From Botryllus schlosseri (taxonomy: Eukaryota), in assembly GCA_051294905.1 (NCBI GenBank), contig CM119372.1:15874001-15938000 (forward strand): a stretch of DNA of 64,000 nucleotides, in the 5' to 3' direction. Shown piece after piece: positions 40,559 through 53,065 of this stretch (its first letter is position 1; each line of letters starts with the position of its first letter). Position numbers and translations under genes: made by a program. The notes under the pieces were generated by a model. That model had not been told where the DNA came from. It saw nothing but the letters and a program-made list of their open reading frames with translations, and made no database searches.

Positions 40559-40855
40559 ATTGTATTACAGCAATCGCCATAAACAGTATGCAGTAGCCTA
40601 CGAACAACCTAGAATACTGTCAATCTAGTTATCATTTAGTTCAGCGGTTCCCAACCAGAAGTGACTGCTCCCAACTTCAAGTATCACATCAATGGATGGC
40701 CGTCAGAGCTAAACTATCGTACTCTGCAAACTCATTTCAATTTTTAATAAGCCATTCAGCCAACGGAATGATGCATAGGCCTATTGAAATAAACATTCTG
40801 CGATATAAAGATGAATTGTTGGAAGTTGAGGAAAAGTTAAAGAGATGAAATAGAT

Positions 40856-41114
40856 CAGTGGTTTTCAAACTGGGGAGGGCGTGAAAGCGTCTGATGTGGG
40901 GCGCGAAGCTGCGGTTAATATTCTTATTGCTCTGTGTATAGTCCCAATTTCACATTTGAGAATTCTCTCATCAACAGTCATAACCTTCCATGCAATCAAA
41001 CTCTCCGCTGGGATTGCCAGCATTCTGGTTACATTTTGTGATGTGACGATAAGGGGGCGCGAAATTTTTCACTATCACAAAGGTGTCGTGTTTGAAAAAG
41101 TTTGAGAACCACTG
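40856..41114. mobile_element. Short hAT MITE between the 3' ends of genes C and B
   Basis: CAGTGGTTTTCAAACT...AGTTTGAGAACCACTG; degraded TSD AAATAGAT/GAATAGAA. Confidence 0.7.
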
Positions 41115-41446
41115 GAATAGAATAAATCAAGAATAGTAACTTTTGCAAGTATATTCCTAATCCGCCCAACGGGTTGAAACCTCTTTATCTGGTCGATTAT
41201 CTTTATTGGCGTACATATCCACAATTCCACACAGTATATGATTTTGCTGTCATCGAAATCACAATTTTTGCCGTTTACTCTAGCTTGCAGTTAATATTTG
41301 CATAAGATAGATGGAGGCAACATGATATTTGCGGTAAATTCAACCTACAACCCAAGGTCGGGGATGGGCCTTGACGGACTAAAACGGGTCTGCGGGACAA
41401 AACGGTTGAGAACAACTGAACTGCGAATTTCCACTCCGTTATTATG

Positions 41447-42299
41447 TTATGAATAATATGTTGATGCCCCGCATAAGCGATCGCAAGCATGAATTTCTGA
41501 AAATCTATGAATGAAGCAAGCTCATCTTCCATATAGTTTATATGCCATTCACATGTCCCAATATGGATATATCGCCATATTTCACGAGAGAAAAGAAAAC
41601 AGCAGCAGTTAGAACAACTGGTGTCGCATCATTCCTATATAGTTATAGCATAAATTACAAAGCAATGAGTTCATCTTCGTACAAGAGCCCACGATAAAAT
41701 AATATTCTCTTACTTTTCCGTTCGCGCCTCGTTTGAAATACAAGGCAATCTTTCCGATTGCGCGCGCGGCGACAGTAGTTGGCCTGGCATGCACTTTTTA
41801 TCAAACGAAAAGCGTGCATGACTAAACAAAAAATGGATTAAACAATAAACGACATATCTACCTATTTACACCTGCGTTGGGTATCATTTCTGATCGACAA
41901 AAAAAATAGATAAACAGATATGCATCATTTGGTATTTTGATATATTCGCGAATTATTTGAAGGCCGTTGCTTCTGTTCAGAATCAGGTTAATACATTATA
42001 GTTGACCGAGCTTAGAATGTTAAGAATATTACAGGACTGCATCATTTCGGAACCAGTTATCCGTCTTTCGACGAAGTATGAATTCTAGTCAGCCAATACT
42101 ATCGGGAATTTGAGTATGGGTCTATAGCTCAAATTACCCCGAGCAATGAAAAGACCATTTCAACTGAAATTCCAATCGTACATAGGTAGCTTATATTCTT
42201 ACCGTTTTGTCTTGTACTAAATGAGCTGGCACCTACATCATCCAGGACATGACGTAATACCAATAAAGACACCGCTAAACAGACGAATGCCATCTTCAT
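41447..42299 (-). CDS. Gene B: three-exon secreted cationic cysteine-rich peptide precursor (84 aa)
   Basis: Exon 1 42299-42203 MKMAFVCLAVSLLVLRHVLDDVGASSFSTRQN G|gtaaga. Exon 2 41821-41714 (ttttttgtttag acceptor, 108 nt, phase 1-1) VMHAFRLIKSACQANYCRRARNRKDCLVFQTRRERK |gtaaga. Exon 3 41496-41447 (attttcag acceptor) KIHACDRLCGASTYYS*. All introns are GT-AG and phase-consistent. Minus-strand AATAAA near 41202-41207. Confidence 0.7.
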
Positions 42300-44169
42300 T
42301 GTTTTAGAGTGAGGGTCGTGAGAGGATCAGATTAAAATAAAAAACACTACACCTGTACGATGGTACAATAACATTTTCAACAATATCCAAAATTTCAACA
42401 CCGTAACTGTTATGCAAAATAGTAATTATAATGACGACTAGATACTAGACATATCTAAATATATCATGTACTTGCCTTATCTTTGCTATTTTATGAACGT
42501 TGGAATTATCTGGTGTAGCGTAGCGGCGAAAAATGGAATATTCTAAATAGATTCACCCCTTTAAAATTGACTTCAAACATTCACCATGCTGGTAGCAGAA
42601 AGGTTGCGCCGTATTTCAAGGGTGTTTCCAACTGAAAATTTATCAAGCATTGGGCCCTGGTGTTCTACAGGTCTCCCCCCACTTATACATCGGAAAATTG
42701 TTACAACGATACCTCTCTGATTTCAACCCCAGGCTAAAATGATTGGGTCTGAATTTCTGACAGCTACGTCGTAATATCTGGTGGTGTGACTACGGTTATA
42801 CGTTGCCTTTCATGCTATATGAGCTCAACGTGTTTCCACCTTTTTCGCTCTTCGCCATTTTACAAATAGCTTCGTATTATGTAACAAAAATAGTTTCATA
42901 TATGCATCCCACAATTCCATTTGTAGTTAAATCCATCGAACGATTAAGCATCTCTTTCACTCGGATACAGAGAGTTAACATCAAAAGAAGAACCGTTTCC
43001 CTTGCTACGGTGAAAATAGCACTGATATAAATGCGATATTAAGTAAGTAGATAAGCACAATTGACATATGCTAAATATTTGTTTGAATGGGTATGATCAA
43101 ATAGCAATCGATTTAATATTTTGAAGCATGACACGATCAGGTGAATAAGGGTGATCAAGTACGCCACATCTATTTTATATCAGGATACCTTTCGGTTAAA
43201 TGTTATCTCCTGGTTCTAAAGTCGGCAACTTGTCATATAATCAAATTTAATATTCACAATAGACCTGGCGTAGATGATGAAAAGATCGATTATTTCAACA
43301 CAATTTTGACCGATAGAGTCAGCGAATATCAGCAGATAATATTTTGCATTTTCTGAAAATAAAAATCCTTATAGCAGACTTTGCTGATGGTAAACATATA
43401 ATGAAGATATGGGGACAAGTAGTTGAACTCAGACTGCACCAATACAATTCGAAAATATAAGCGGTTATTATTTTGCATCTTCTACATTTGAATCCCAATT
43501 TGAAATTCCCGAAAAATAGGTTAATGAGCTGAAAGAATCTACAGAATATTAATAATATTATTATTATTAAGTGGCGACGTTTATGTTTCCGGCCTTGTGC
43601 GTCACGGACAATTGCGTTTTCTCTTTGATTTAAATCCACGGCAATAGAAGTTGAAAGGTCAGTTTTATTTTCAGGTGAACTCGGACCCTTTATTCCAATT
43701 AAATGCCAAGGATGCCTCATAATATAGCGTAAGAGTTTGATCCTCTGCTCGTTCGGCAGTTTCCTGTCAACACATCCCCGACGGAAAAAATTCTCTCGCA
43801 CTCATTAAACATGTGTCTGTTGTTTGAACAGCTGTATCGTTATGAAAATACCGAAACATAGTCATTGGCATACTTAGATAACAGACATTGCTATAATCTT
43901 CCTCCCGACAATGCATATGCTGAGTATCATCCGATGTTTATCGCTAGGAGATAATTTTCAGTTAGGCCTACTCAGATCAAATCAGCTGCAGGTGTGAGCG
44001 TGTCACTATAATCGTCAAATCAAAAACTTCACCGTGGACTAGACATAGCATGATCAAAAGATGCTTGATGCCATAAAACCCCAGCTATTCAATATAGCAT
44101 TGACCATGCGCCACCGAAATTCAATTGATTGTGAACCCCTTCTTCAGGTTTATCGGTCGGCTTTTGAAT

Positions 44170-45010
44170 TCCACTATGGATTATCACTGGTAAAGTAAAC
44201 GCTACCAGTAACCCCATCCTCGTATTTCAAATTTTTAGTTCACTATCTTGTACTGGCGTCAGTGAACCCAAATTGAAGCCATAGAAATGTAATACCCGTT
44301 TTCGAAATTATAGGTGGGAGTCACACCATTTGAAGTGCAGTCAACACTTGTTGTGTGAGAACTGGAGACCTAAGACCTTTGGTAGGGAAATTCAATACAC
44401 ACCAATAAACAGCTTCGCGGTACATCAGTCGCCATGTGGCTTGAGCAATGAACAAAACGCGATGCGTGCTGAGCGCGGTCTCGTCGATAGTTCTCGGAAA
44501 ACAAATACCGGTTCCCTGTAACTTCCTAGTGCCGGAGAAACAATGACATGCATACAAAATTTAAACCGCAGTACTGGTACTGCTTGAACGTGATATGGAA
44601 ACTGAATTTCTGTTTGCTGGCATATGGTAATCTTTATGTCAAGGTATTTTCAGTTTTTCATAGTGCAACTTTCTTAATATAATCAAATGCTTTTCCGTCC
44701 AAAACATGGGTCGCGAAGGGCATCGATATGGATTGCGAAAATGTTTACTTCAAGTACCCTGCACAATTGTTGATGACACGGTTTAATTTACGTAGAACTT
44801 TCCGCAAATTAGAAAATTATATCTGCCCTTTGCACGATTTCTGCTGCTACACGCCTGACCTGAAAATAACTGGCACCGATGGTACTCGCAGTTTTATTGA
44901 GATGCAGGACACAACGTTGCTGCCAGCACCCTCTTGAAAAATCTCTATGTGATGAGTTCTAGTCCTGGTACCGAAAAAGAAATGTCAGAGCCTTTCATGC
45001 CCCGCCCAGA
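44170..45010 (+). pseudogene. Possible heavily decayed DDE transposase (Sola-like)
   Basis: Fragments in the expected order: CGLSNEQNAM, TEFLFAGH, LRRTFRKLENYICPLHDF, LYV...PFMPRP. Recalled resemblance only; many stops and frameshifts. Confidence 0.35.
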
Positions 45011-46151
45011 AGGAGCTTCGCTCTTTTGAAAATGATAATGACGCGAGCACAATTAGCTACTATACTGATTCTGGGAACGAAGCTGATAAGCATGTGTTAT
45101 GACAAGTGAAGTCAGTGATCCAGGGTCTGCCGATGACTCTCAAATCCCTCGAGGTTCAGAATAAGCGTCTTACGAATTGTAATACTTGTATGAAAGCGGA
45201 TAATTTTCCGCTGGATGCTGTTGGGGAATTTGTGAATGATAATGGGACTGAGAATTGTTTGGCTGGAGCCGTTTCAGATTAGTTTTGGCATCATCGTCTT
45301 GGCCAGTGCTTCTCAACCTTTTCCAGTTCGCGACCGACCCCCTTTTAATGCAAATTTTATTGTGCGACCAAAATGAGATATGACCGAACGAATGAAAAAT
45401 ACAATGATGAAAAAAGAAACAATATTTGCTATGCATGCGAAAATGGATATTATCAGATAAAGTCGTGGCTTGATCAGACCCATGCTCACGAGCTCAGCCT
45501 GGCAGACCATGTTACTTAGTAGGCCTATCACTACCAGGAACATCGCAGTATTCCTTCTTCATTTCAATTCTTTGGTTATCCAGCCCTCTGCAGACAGCCT
45601 AAACCTCTCTTCACCTTGTATTCCTCGTCTGATGTCATAAAATCAATGAAGTGTGACGACGTTATGAACTCCCCTAAAATGCCAAAGTTTGTGTTGATGC
45701 TCGAACGATGAGGAATTACACAGAGCGCCGTTTGCGTCATAGTACATTGCACACTGAGACGACTAAATTGTTGGGGCAGAATAGTTTAGAGCAGTGGTTC
45801 TCAACTTTTTTTTAGACACGCCCCCCTTTATGATAGTGAAAGCGGTGAATTACATTGTTAACACATGTTGCTAAGTAGATGCGTTATTATTAGGCTGCTC
45901 CCTTGCTCCGCGTGGCTTGGTATAATATCCTTGCTGTTTTGCTAGCTTCGCTGGCAGGTCCGCGTCGGCCGAGTGTATGTATTAACAGCATGATAATTCC
46001 GACGCAAATTACATTCCTTGAACACAGAGACCTTCTTGGTACTAACCATGAACTAAAAAAGACCGGTTCACGGCTAACTTAAGTAAAGAAAGATATAGTG
46101 CTCCAAATCTCGCAGAAATATCGATCTTCAGTTTCATCTTTCATTGTACGA

Positions 46152-47357
46152 CAGTGGTCGGGAACCTATGGCTCTTTTGGGTATAAGATATGGCTATTTG
46201 CCAAATATTTATTGTTGTACTGAATTGATCTATATTGCAGGCAGAGACTTGTTGGTAAATTTCCATCACGGCCAGAATATTTATTCTCGTGGCAGTATAA
46301 ACATGTCTTTGAGAGGTAAAGACAATGCCGTCTTCAGGTTTAGTGGCTCGGACAGCTCTTTCCAAAATCCCCAAATTTAAGTTACTGTCTCGCCAGCGAC
46401 CAATATCACTCGTGAATTCGATGTACCCGACTCGAAATCTTGGATTGCACGAAACGTTGATTGGTCAAAGAGTAGGCTATAGCAGACATGGCGATGCCCA
46501 TAAATGACAACGCAGCTATCAAATATAAACGCACCGTCATCCAAGATCAGCTAATCTACGGCGCGAAATGAACTGCTGTGGAAGTGACATTCACAATAAC
46601 AAACAACGCCATAGCTACCCACGTTCGTGATTGGTAAGTCGCTTTGTAACACCATGAGAAGTGAGAAGTTGATCAGTATATAGATTTTCGGAATCAGTGC
46701 GACAGTTACATTCAGTTCATATCAGTTAATATAAATTCTAAGCTATTTACGAAGAATTGCGGTATCAATGGCAAAATTCACGCGTTTGTGCCTGACCTCT
46801 CTCATCGGGCTGTATTTTCGAATAATAAATATGCAAATCGCCTACTTTTGGGAGGATAATGTTCAAAATTTAGTCATTCACTAACATCGATAGAAAATAC
46901 CAATAGTAATTGAAATTTTCACAATTTCAAACAAAATCCTGGCGACAGCTGATGAACTGCCTCGCTTGCCTCCCCTGAACCCATGTCACTGATGTATCAC
47001 ACCTTACATTGGGAATATACTTCTGTAGTGATCATGTTTGGGTCCACTTACGATTGTGATCATGGGTTGTCGCATTTAAAAGGAGCATCACGATTCACGA
47101 CGAAGCTACGTTCTCGTAACTCAAGTTTCGCATGCTCGAATAAGGTTACCAGCATGATTAGTACGAGTTTTTGCAGAAAAAATGAGGCACACACGACGAA
47201 TCCCATGTTGTGATCGAGTTTATATAAGTTCTAAGATGACATCACGAACTTTCAATTGTGACGTAACAGAGGATTAACATGTATGGCTCTTTGGGAGTTA
47301 AAATGGAAAAAATCGGGCCAATATGGCTCTTTGGACGAAAAAGGTTCCCGACCACTG
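46152..47357. mobile_element. hAT MITE
   Basis: TIR CAGTGGTCGGGAACCT; TSD TTGTACGA/TTGTACGG; ATGGCTCTTT subterminal repeats. Confidence 0.85.
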
Positions 47358-47712
47358 TTGTACGGTATGGCATCGTCTGTGAGTGAGGATGGCCGCCAAT
47401 CACGTGCAGTGCAGTGATTGCATTATTTTACGAATTAGGATTTAGAAACCTATGACGTTACAGTTTAAAGCACAGACCTGGCAACAAACAAGATTTGAAC
47501 TTGAATATGGAAACAGTGACGTTTAAATTTAATTATTACGGCATAATTTGCTATATTGACTTTATGATGAATCAGGATTACTCACACGACGTACGCAGGT
47601 TACGTAATCACGGTACATTTATAAACTGGACTTCAAAGTAAACACGTTTGCGGATCAGTTTATTTATACTATAGTTTATGCTCACACACTAACATTAATA
47701 AGTATATTTTGG

Positions 47713-47860
47713 GGCGGAGATCATAAAGTTAGATGATCCCGGAGAATACCAATCATGTGATTAATAACTGCTAATCGGGACGCATATGAGGCGGAGATCA
47801 TAAAGTTGGCTGATCCGGAAGAATTCTAATCGTGCGATTAAAAACTGCTGACCGCGACCA
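47713..47860. repeat. Diverged 77-bp tandem duplication
   Basis: GGCGGAGATCATAAAGTT starts at 47713 and at 47790. Confidence 0.75.
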
Positions 47861-48569
47861 ATAAAGTTGGATAAGGTTTCGCGCGGTAATAACTAGAGGT
47901 GTCCCGAGTTTTAAATTAAGTGGTGTTATCTATTGTATCATAATGCGAAAGCGCGATTTTTGGCTGTCGGTTGTCAATTTATTGAATGAAACGACAGACT
48001 GCTGATAAAGATACTGCGGCTATTATAGGTAGAATGACCATCGTCGCGTAATGAAAGTCGTACTTAATCAGTAATATACAGCGACGAAATGGATTATAGA
48101 ATATTGATGGATATATCGCTCTGCAATGGTGGGTAGCCTACATAGTTCGTTGATCGATTGTCTGACTGTTTAGTGAAGCTATTACCTGGAGACAAACGAC
48201 ACGGTCATTATCGGAAATATTTACCCGTAAGAATGTGACGCAGTGTACGATGTGTTTGTAGATAACTAATATAGTTTGTTACGGTTTGTTAAATCATGAA
48301 ATTAAAAGTAACCTTTTGCGCTGCGATCAACCGATTTCCTTAATCCGGGATTTTAAATCCTGATGAACACGCCAATCGACTTTAGCGATAGTCCACCTTT
48401 ATATTAACCGCCTTTAATTCCAAACAACTCTTCGTGTACCGCGCAATGCCCAGGTCTGCTAAAAATTGAGGTAGTTCTATTGACGACCAGCCACCACATT
48501 TCAGATTAATATCAGTATTCACATATTTTTATTTATTTATAACTCAACTTGCTATCGTATCAATTAGAA

Positions 48570-50261
48570 AAGGGGTCGCCAACTCAAAATGGGGCGCGAG
48601 TCATTTTTCAAAATTCGTAGACGCCGCGGGCCTCATGACTTCAATGTCCAGATAACAAAACAAAAAAAATAGGCAAAGCAGTTTAACAACCCCGTTTTGA
48701 TAACTCTACGTCAGTACAACGCTGTGCTATCTAAGATAGGCGGCGGGCATATAGTTACCACAATAGAAATAACATTTTATTGAAGAAATACAAATACAAC
48801 AAAAAATATCACGATCACCAATTTCATTCAACTTTGAACTAGGAGCTGCGCACGATACCTGACAAACTATTCAGCAACTAAAACAGGGGTGGACAAACTT
48901 TCTAATATTCACGGTCACATTTCGATTACTTATGTAGCCTGCGGCCGCATTCCGTCCTGTGCATACTCGTAATGACCGAACTGGAGGCCAAATACCCACG
49001 TTAAACTGTCCATGTCCATTGGGGGTGAACTCCCGACTAATCTATTTACTCATATTGGCTTGCTATGAGCACCGAAATTGTGAGTAGTCATGTTATGAAC
49101 AGGCACAGGAATTCCTTGAGCAGTCGTCCCAAGCCAGAAAACTTTATCATATTCATGAGCAATGTTCCCTCTAATTTTTAAAGAGTTTGCGCACACTGAT
49201 CAACTCACTGCGCAGGCACTTGGACAACGACTAAAAAAAAGTCATCACTTCGGATTTTTTGTGCGCAACTTAGATTTTCTGTGCGCAGAGATCGCGTAAG
49301 CACCGCGCATTTGCGCACGTGCGCAGCTTAGAGGGAACATTGCTCATGAGTGAATTTCGTCATTAATAGGCATATTAGTATAGTTTCACATATTACTATG
49401 AAATATTTATCCTTTCACAGCCCATGTGATCAGATTCACCGGCAGAGACGACGCAGGGGGTGTCTTCGGAATTTTAGGGAAATTATTAATGCCGTGCTGC
49501 ATCTTTCGGCGGAACAATTGTTATTGTCCCCTTTGTTGCATGATGTTATTTCTTGATCTCATATGAAGATACTGGATGTATATTGGATTCGCCCAAACGT
49601 AGGCTTACCAGTAACAAATTTCTTTCGTGATGAAGAGAACGTGATTACAAATTGGCATTTCTTTATGGGGCGCATCATTTCCATCTGTCGTTCGCATCTG
49701 TACTGTGGGGCTCAGATTGCAAAGGACACTACTATATTAAAACCGAAAAGCCGCACGTAAATCGAAAAAAAAAATTCAAGAACAATGAAACCTCTCATTT
49801 ATTAGGAAGTCGATTCGGAAATCCAATTTGCAGATTGACGGCCGCCAACACATCCTAATTGAATTAAGTGTCAACGGCCGCAATATTTTCCATCTACTGC
49901 CGCAGATTGGTCACTCCTGGACTAAAGACTTGATATTGGGGTTAGCTGGACACGTCACTAGCTGGAAATTTATCTTCTCGTACAGTTGGGTCTTTTGGTG
50001 AGCCAGGAGTCGTTTCTCACGCGTCTCGGTCTTGGCAATGGCGGGCTATTGCACGTCAAGGTAATATACCAATTCATATCCGAAAATTGCTCCTCCATAG
50101 AATGATGGTACCACCGCCGAAGCAACTTCAATATGTTTAAACCGAAATCAATTTCAAATCATTTCAAGATGCTTTACTGAGCGTTCCTTACGAAACTTCA
50201 AATCATGTCGCGGACCAAAATTATGAGTATGACCTTGCGGGCCGGGTGTTGGTGAACCCTG
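48570..50261. mobile_element. hAT element containing nested hAT MITE 48884-49919
   Basis: Outer TSD AATTAGAA/AATTAAAA; inner CAGGGGTGGACAAA...TTGGTCACTCCTG with TSD AACTAAAA/GACTAAAG; a related left end starts near 50673. Confidence 0.7.
49160..49342 (+). mobile_element. Mini-MITE family F (CAATGTTCCCTCTAA TIR)
   Basis: 15-bp TIR; TSD TTCATGAG/CTCATGAG; also embedded in both family D copies. Confidence 0.85.
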
Positions 50262-51689
50262 AATTAAAAGATTGTTGGCATTCCATAGAAACCAAAACCA
50301 GCACTTAACGCATATTCAGGGTATAATATGGTATGGTATGGCATAGCATGGAAGTATGGTATGGAATTTTTTCCATACTTTCATACTTAGGCAGTTTTGC
50401 CATACACATTTCAAAAATTATACTATTTCGAGGCTTTATGCAGTGCTCGCGTACCACCTACATAAGTCACGCGCGCCGAGGGCGGTCAAAAATGTTTCCA
50501 CCGCGTTGAGCTGTCGAAAGCGGCGAGGCAGATAATAAACCGCCCATTTTAAGGTGCAGTATATGATTTCTGTAGTGGATCCATTTTGAATTGTTGTGGT
50601 CAAATATATTAAAACGGAATTTGGTTAGGTAAGAATCCCAATGCTTTACGACTAGATCCCTTCCACGTAGGCTAGGGGTAGCCAACCTTTTTGCCATTCA
50701 CGGCCGCATTTCAACTATTTATGTAGCCTACGCGGCCGCATTCCCGAGCATAGTCGTAATTAACTATAGGTGAACTGGTAGACTCCGGACAAATCAATTT
50801 AATCATATAGGCTTGCTATAATACGCCCCCGAATCGCGAGTGGTCACTGGTGTTATGGACTGCAGGCATTGCCGCGCGAAGCGCGAATTATTTTAAGATT
50901 CACTATTGAATTTCGTGATTAATTTTAGTAGTTTTACATATTACTATCACATTTACTACACTTGCTTTTATGCTTCAACATGTATGTTCTGCAGACAAAA
51001 GAATTGAAAGTAATTAGAACTCAAAGTATGATACTCGGAATTGAAAGTGAAATACAAATACCACTTCTAAAAAGCGGAAAATATATATTTCATGTCTTTT
51101 GTCCATAAAGTTTCAAAGGTGATCTGCTAAAACAGCTGTAACGTTAAAAAAAAGTCGGATTTCCCAGATCAGCAGGACACGTCATGGGCTGCTAGATTAC
51201 GATATGATAGGTAATTGCTAGATTGCGAAACGGTAGTTCCAAACGTTATGGTGGGCCATATTTACTGTGATGAAATATTAGATATGGGCGACAATGCGGT
51301 TTGAGCGGAACCAAGCAATCCGGTACCTAAATTATATTCACTGATACTTTCGTGAAAACATATTTGTCACTCCATAACTACTGTGCGTGAAGCACAACAA
51401 AATTTCTGGGCTTTACTTGACTTTTATGAATATTAAATGTTGTTACTCCGTGAAAATAGCCCCGAAATTCCTCAGGGTATCTTTCGTATTGGCGGATTAA
51501 ACTACTTCTACTTGCCAGACTGAAAATAGCGAAAAGTAAGTAAGTAGATCACAAAATATTACGAAGTAGAAGTAGAAAAATCTGATCTACTTGAGTAAGT
51601 ACCAGAAGTAGAGGAAAACTACTTGAGTACTTCAAAATAGTAGAAGTACTTCGTTACTGGCCACCTCTGGTGCTGTGTTAGCAGAGTAC

Positions 51690-51860
51690 CGCATTGCAAC
51701 CAGGACATCATGTCTGGGGTATGTTTGGAGTGTGTTGGTACTGTGTTGCAACCCGGACATCATGTCTGAGGTATGTTTGAGGTGTGTTCGTACTGCATTG
51801 CAACCTGGACATCAAGTCTGGGGTATGTTTGGATATGTGTGTTGGTACTGCGTTGCCACA
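51690..51860. repeat. ~52-bp minisatellite, about 3 copies
   Basis: Unit approximately GCAACCxGGACATCATGTCTGGGGTATGTTTGGAGTGTGTTGGTACTGxxTT. Confidence 0.85.
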
Positions 51861-52023
51861 CTTAAAGACACCCCATAGTTACCCTAAACAAGATGTCACT
51901 ATGTTGCGCCTCATTGCCAAAATGAAAGGCACCCTTCGAGAAATTGGAGTATTGCGATATTTGCGAGTTGCGCCTGATCAGCGGTCCGCTGTTTACATTG
52001 TGGTCTTTGTAGTAGTTCGCTCA

Positions 52024-52310
52024 GTCCGCAGTTCCGCTCGGTCCGCCGTTTAGTATTGCAAGTTCCGCTAGTTCCGCGGTCCGCTCGTTCCGCCGTTTAG
52101 TATTGAGCTATTTTGTTATGGTCCGCTCGGTCCGCAGTTCCGCTCGGTCCGCCGTTTAGTATTGCAAGTTCCGCTAGTTCCGCGGTCCGCTCGTTCCGCC
52201 GTTTAGTATTGAGCTATTTTCGTATGGTCCGCTCGGTCCGCAGTTCCGCTCGGTTCGCCGTTTAGTATTACATGTTCCGCTGTTCCGCGGTCCGCCGTTT
52301 CGAGTTGCCC
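52024..52310. repeat. 106-bp tandem repeat built from GTCCGC/GTTCCGC subunits
   Basis: Units start at 52024, 52130 and 52236; each contains two CCGCCGTTTAGTATTG blocks. Confidence 0.88.
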
Positions 52311-53065
52311 GCTAATAAGCAGTCTGTATTCATTTGTTTGTCTATAATAGACGATGCAAAAGAAGCGCTTTATATCTTGGCAATATACCAAAAGAAAAAT
52401 AGTTCAGAAACAGCTTTCGTTGATTCCGATAAAATGTGTCAGCATATGGAAACTGGAGGGGAAGAATTAGCACTTTTTTCTTTGGAAAAGCAGGCATCCT
52501 GTTTCTTTTATTGTTTCAAAACAATCTTAAAGTGCCACATATTTGGGTCATGTACCAGAGTGAAAAATTCTCTTCTACATAATATACCAACAATACAATA
52601 TTTATTGTTTGCAAACTTTTACGTTTTACAAAAGAGCAGTGTGCTGTCACAAAATGCATTGACCGATTAAATCTGCAGGACAGATGTACGAAGATAAATA
52701 ACGTTGGGAGCTAAATTAGGTACGGAGCTACTAATCACAATCTTTTAACTGCTACTGACTAAAAATAATTGCATCCACATATAAATTTATGGTTCGAAAA
52801 GAGGTCCTGATCGAAAGAAGATAGAGAACCACTGGATTCAAGTTCACCGAAAACTCAGTTACTCTCTTCTACAACAACCAGGTTTCATCATTATAGATGA
52901 TTTCAATAACAATATTTGATCTGTTGCTGTTGTACGCTGACCGTAATGTCACTAACGAACGTCGAAATTTGAGAAAAATGAGAAAAATACATAACGAAAA
53001 AATCTGACGTGATAGGGAAATTTTGAGGACAGAATCGAACTCAGCAACCTTAAATTAGTCTAAAC

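Noticed and set aside
40471..40608. Cys-rich minus-strand frame VVRRLLHTVYGDCCNTIQYSFTVCRVCCSLFCW
   Set aside because: Requires a phase-0 donor I could not find; it is the antisense shadow of gene C's terminal exon.
41714..41760. Chemokine-like segment CLVFQTRRER in gene B (cf. VVFVTRKNR of CCL5)
   Set aside because: Cysteine spacing and intron position/phase do not match chemokines; short-motif coincidence unless structure prediction says otherwise.
40380..41821. Innexin/pannexin-like reading on the minus strand (FSFDKKC...LPCISNEARTEK|LFVGYCILFMAIAVIQF)
   Set aside because: It needs phase-2 entry into exon 41821, but the adjacent signal-peptide exon supplies phase 1. No other channel exons were found, and the hydrophobic ORF is antisense to gene C's last exon.
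42930..43801. 160-aa minus ORF and Penelope-like motifs (SFDVNSLYP on minus, HLNPNLKF on plus)
   Set aside because: The motifs are on opposite strands, and the ORF has low-complexity AT-driven composition with no coherent domain.
33890..50410. ATGGT/TTCCATAC-rich ends near 33900 and 50350 as termini of one 16-kb element enclosing genes C and B
   Set aside because: No matching TIR pair or TSD could be read; more likely two separate fragments of one family.
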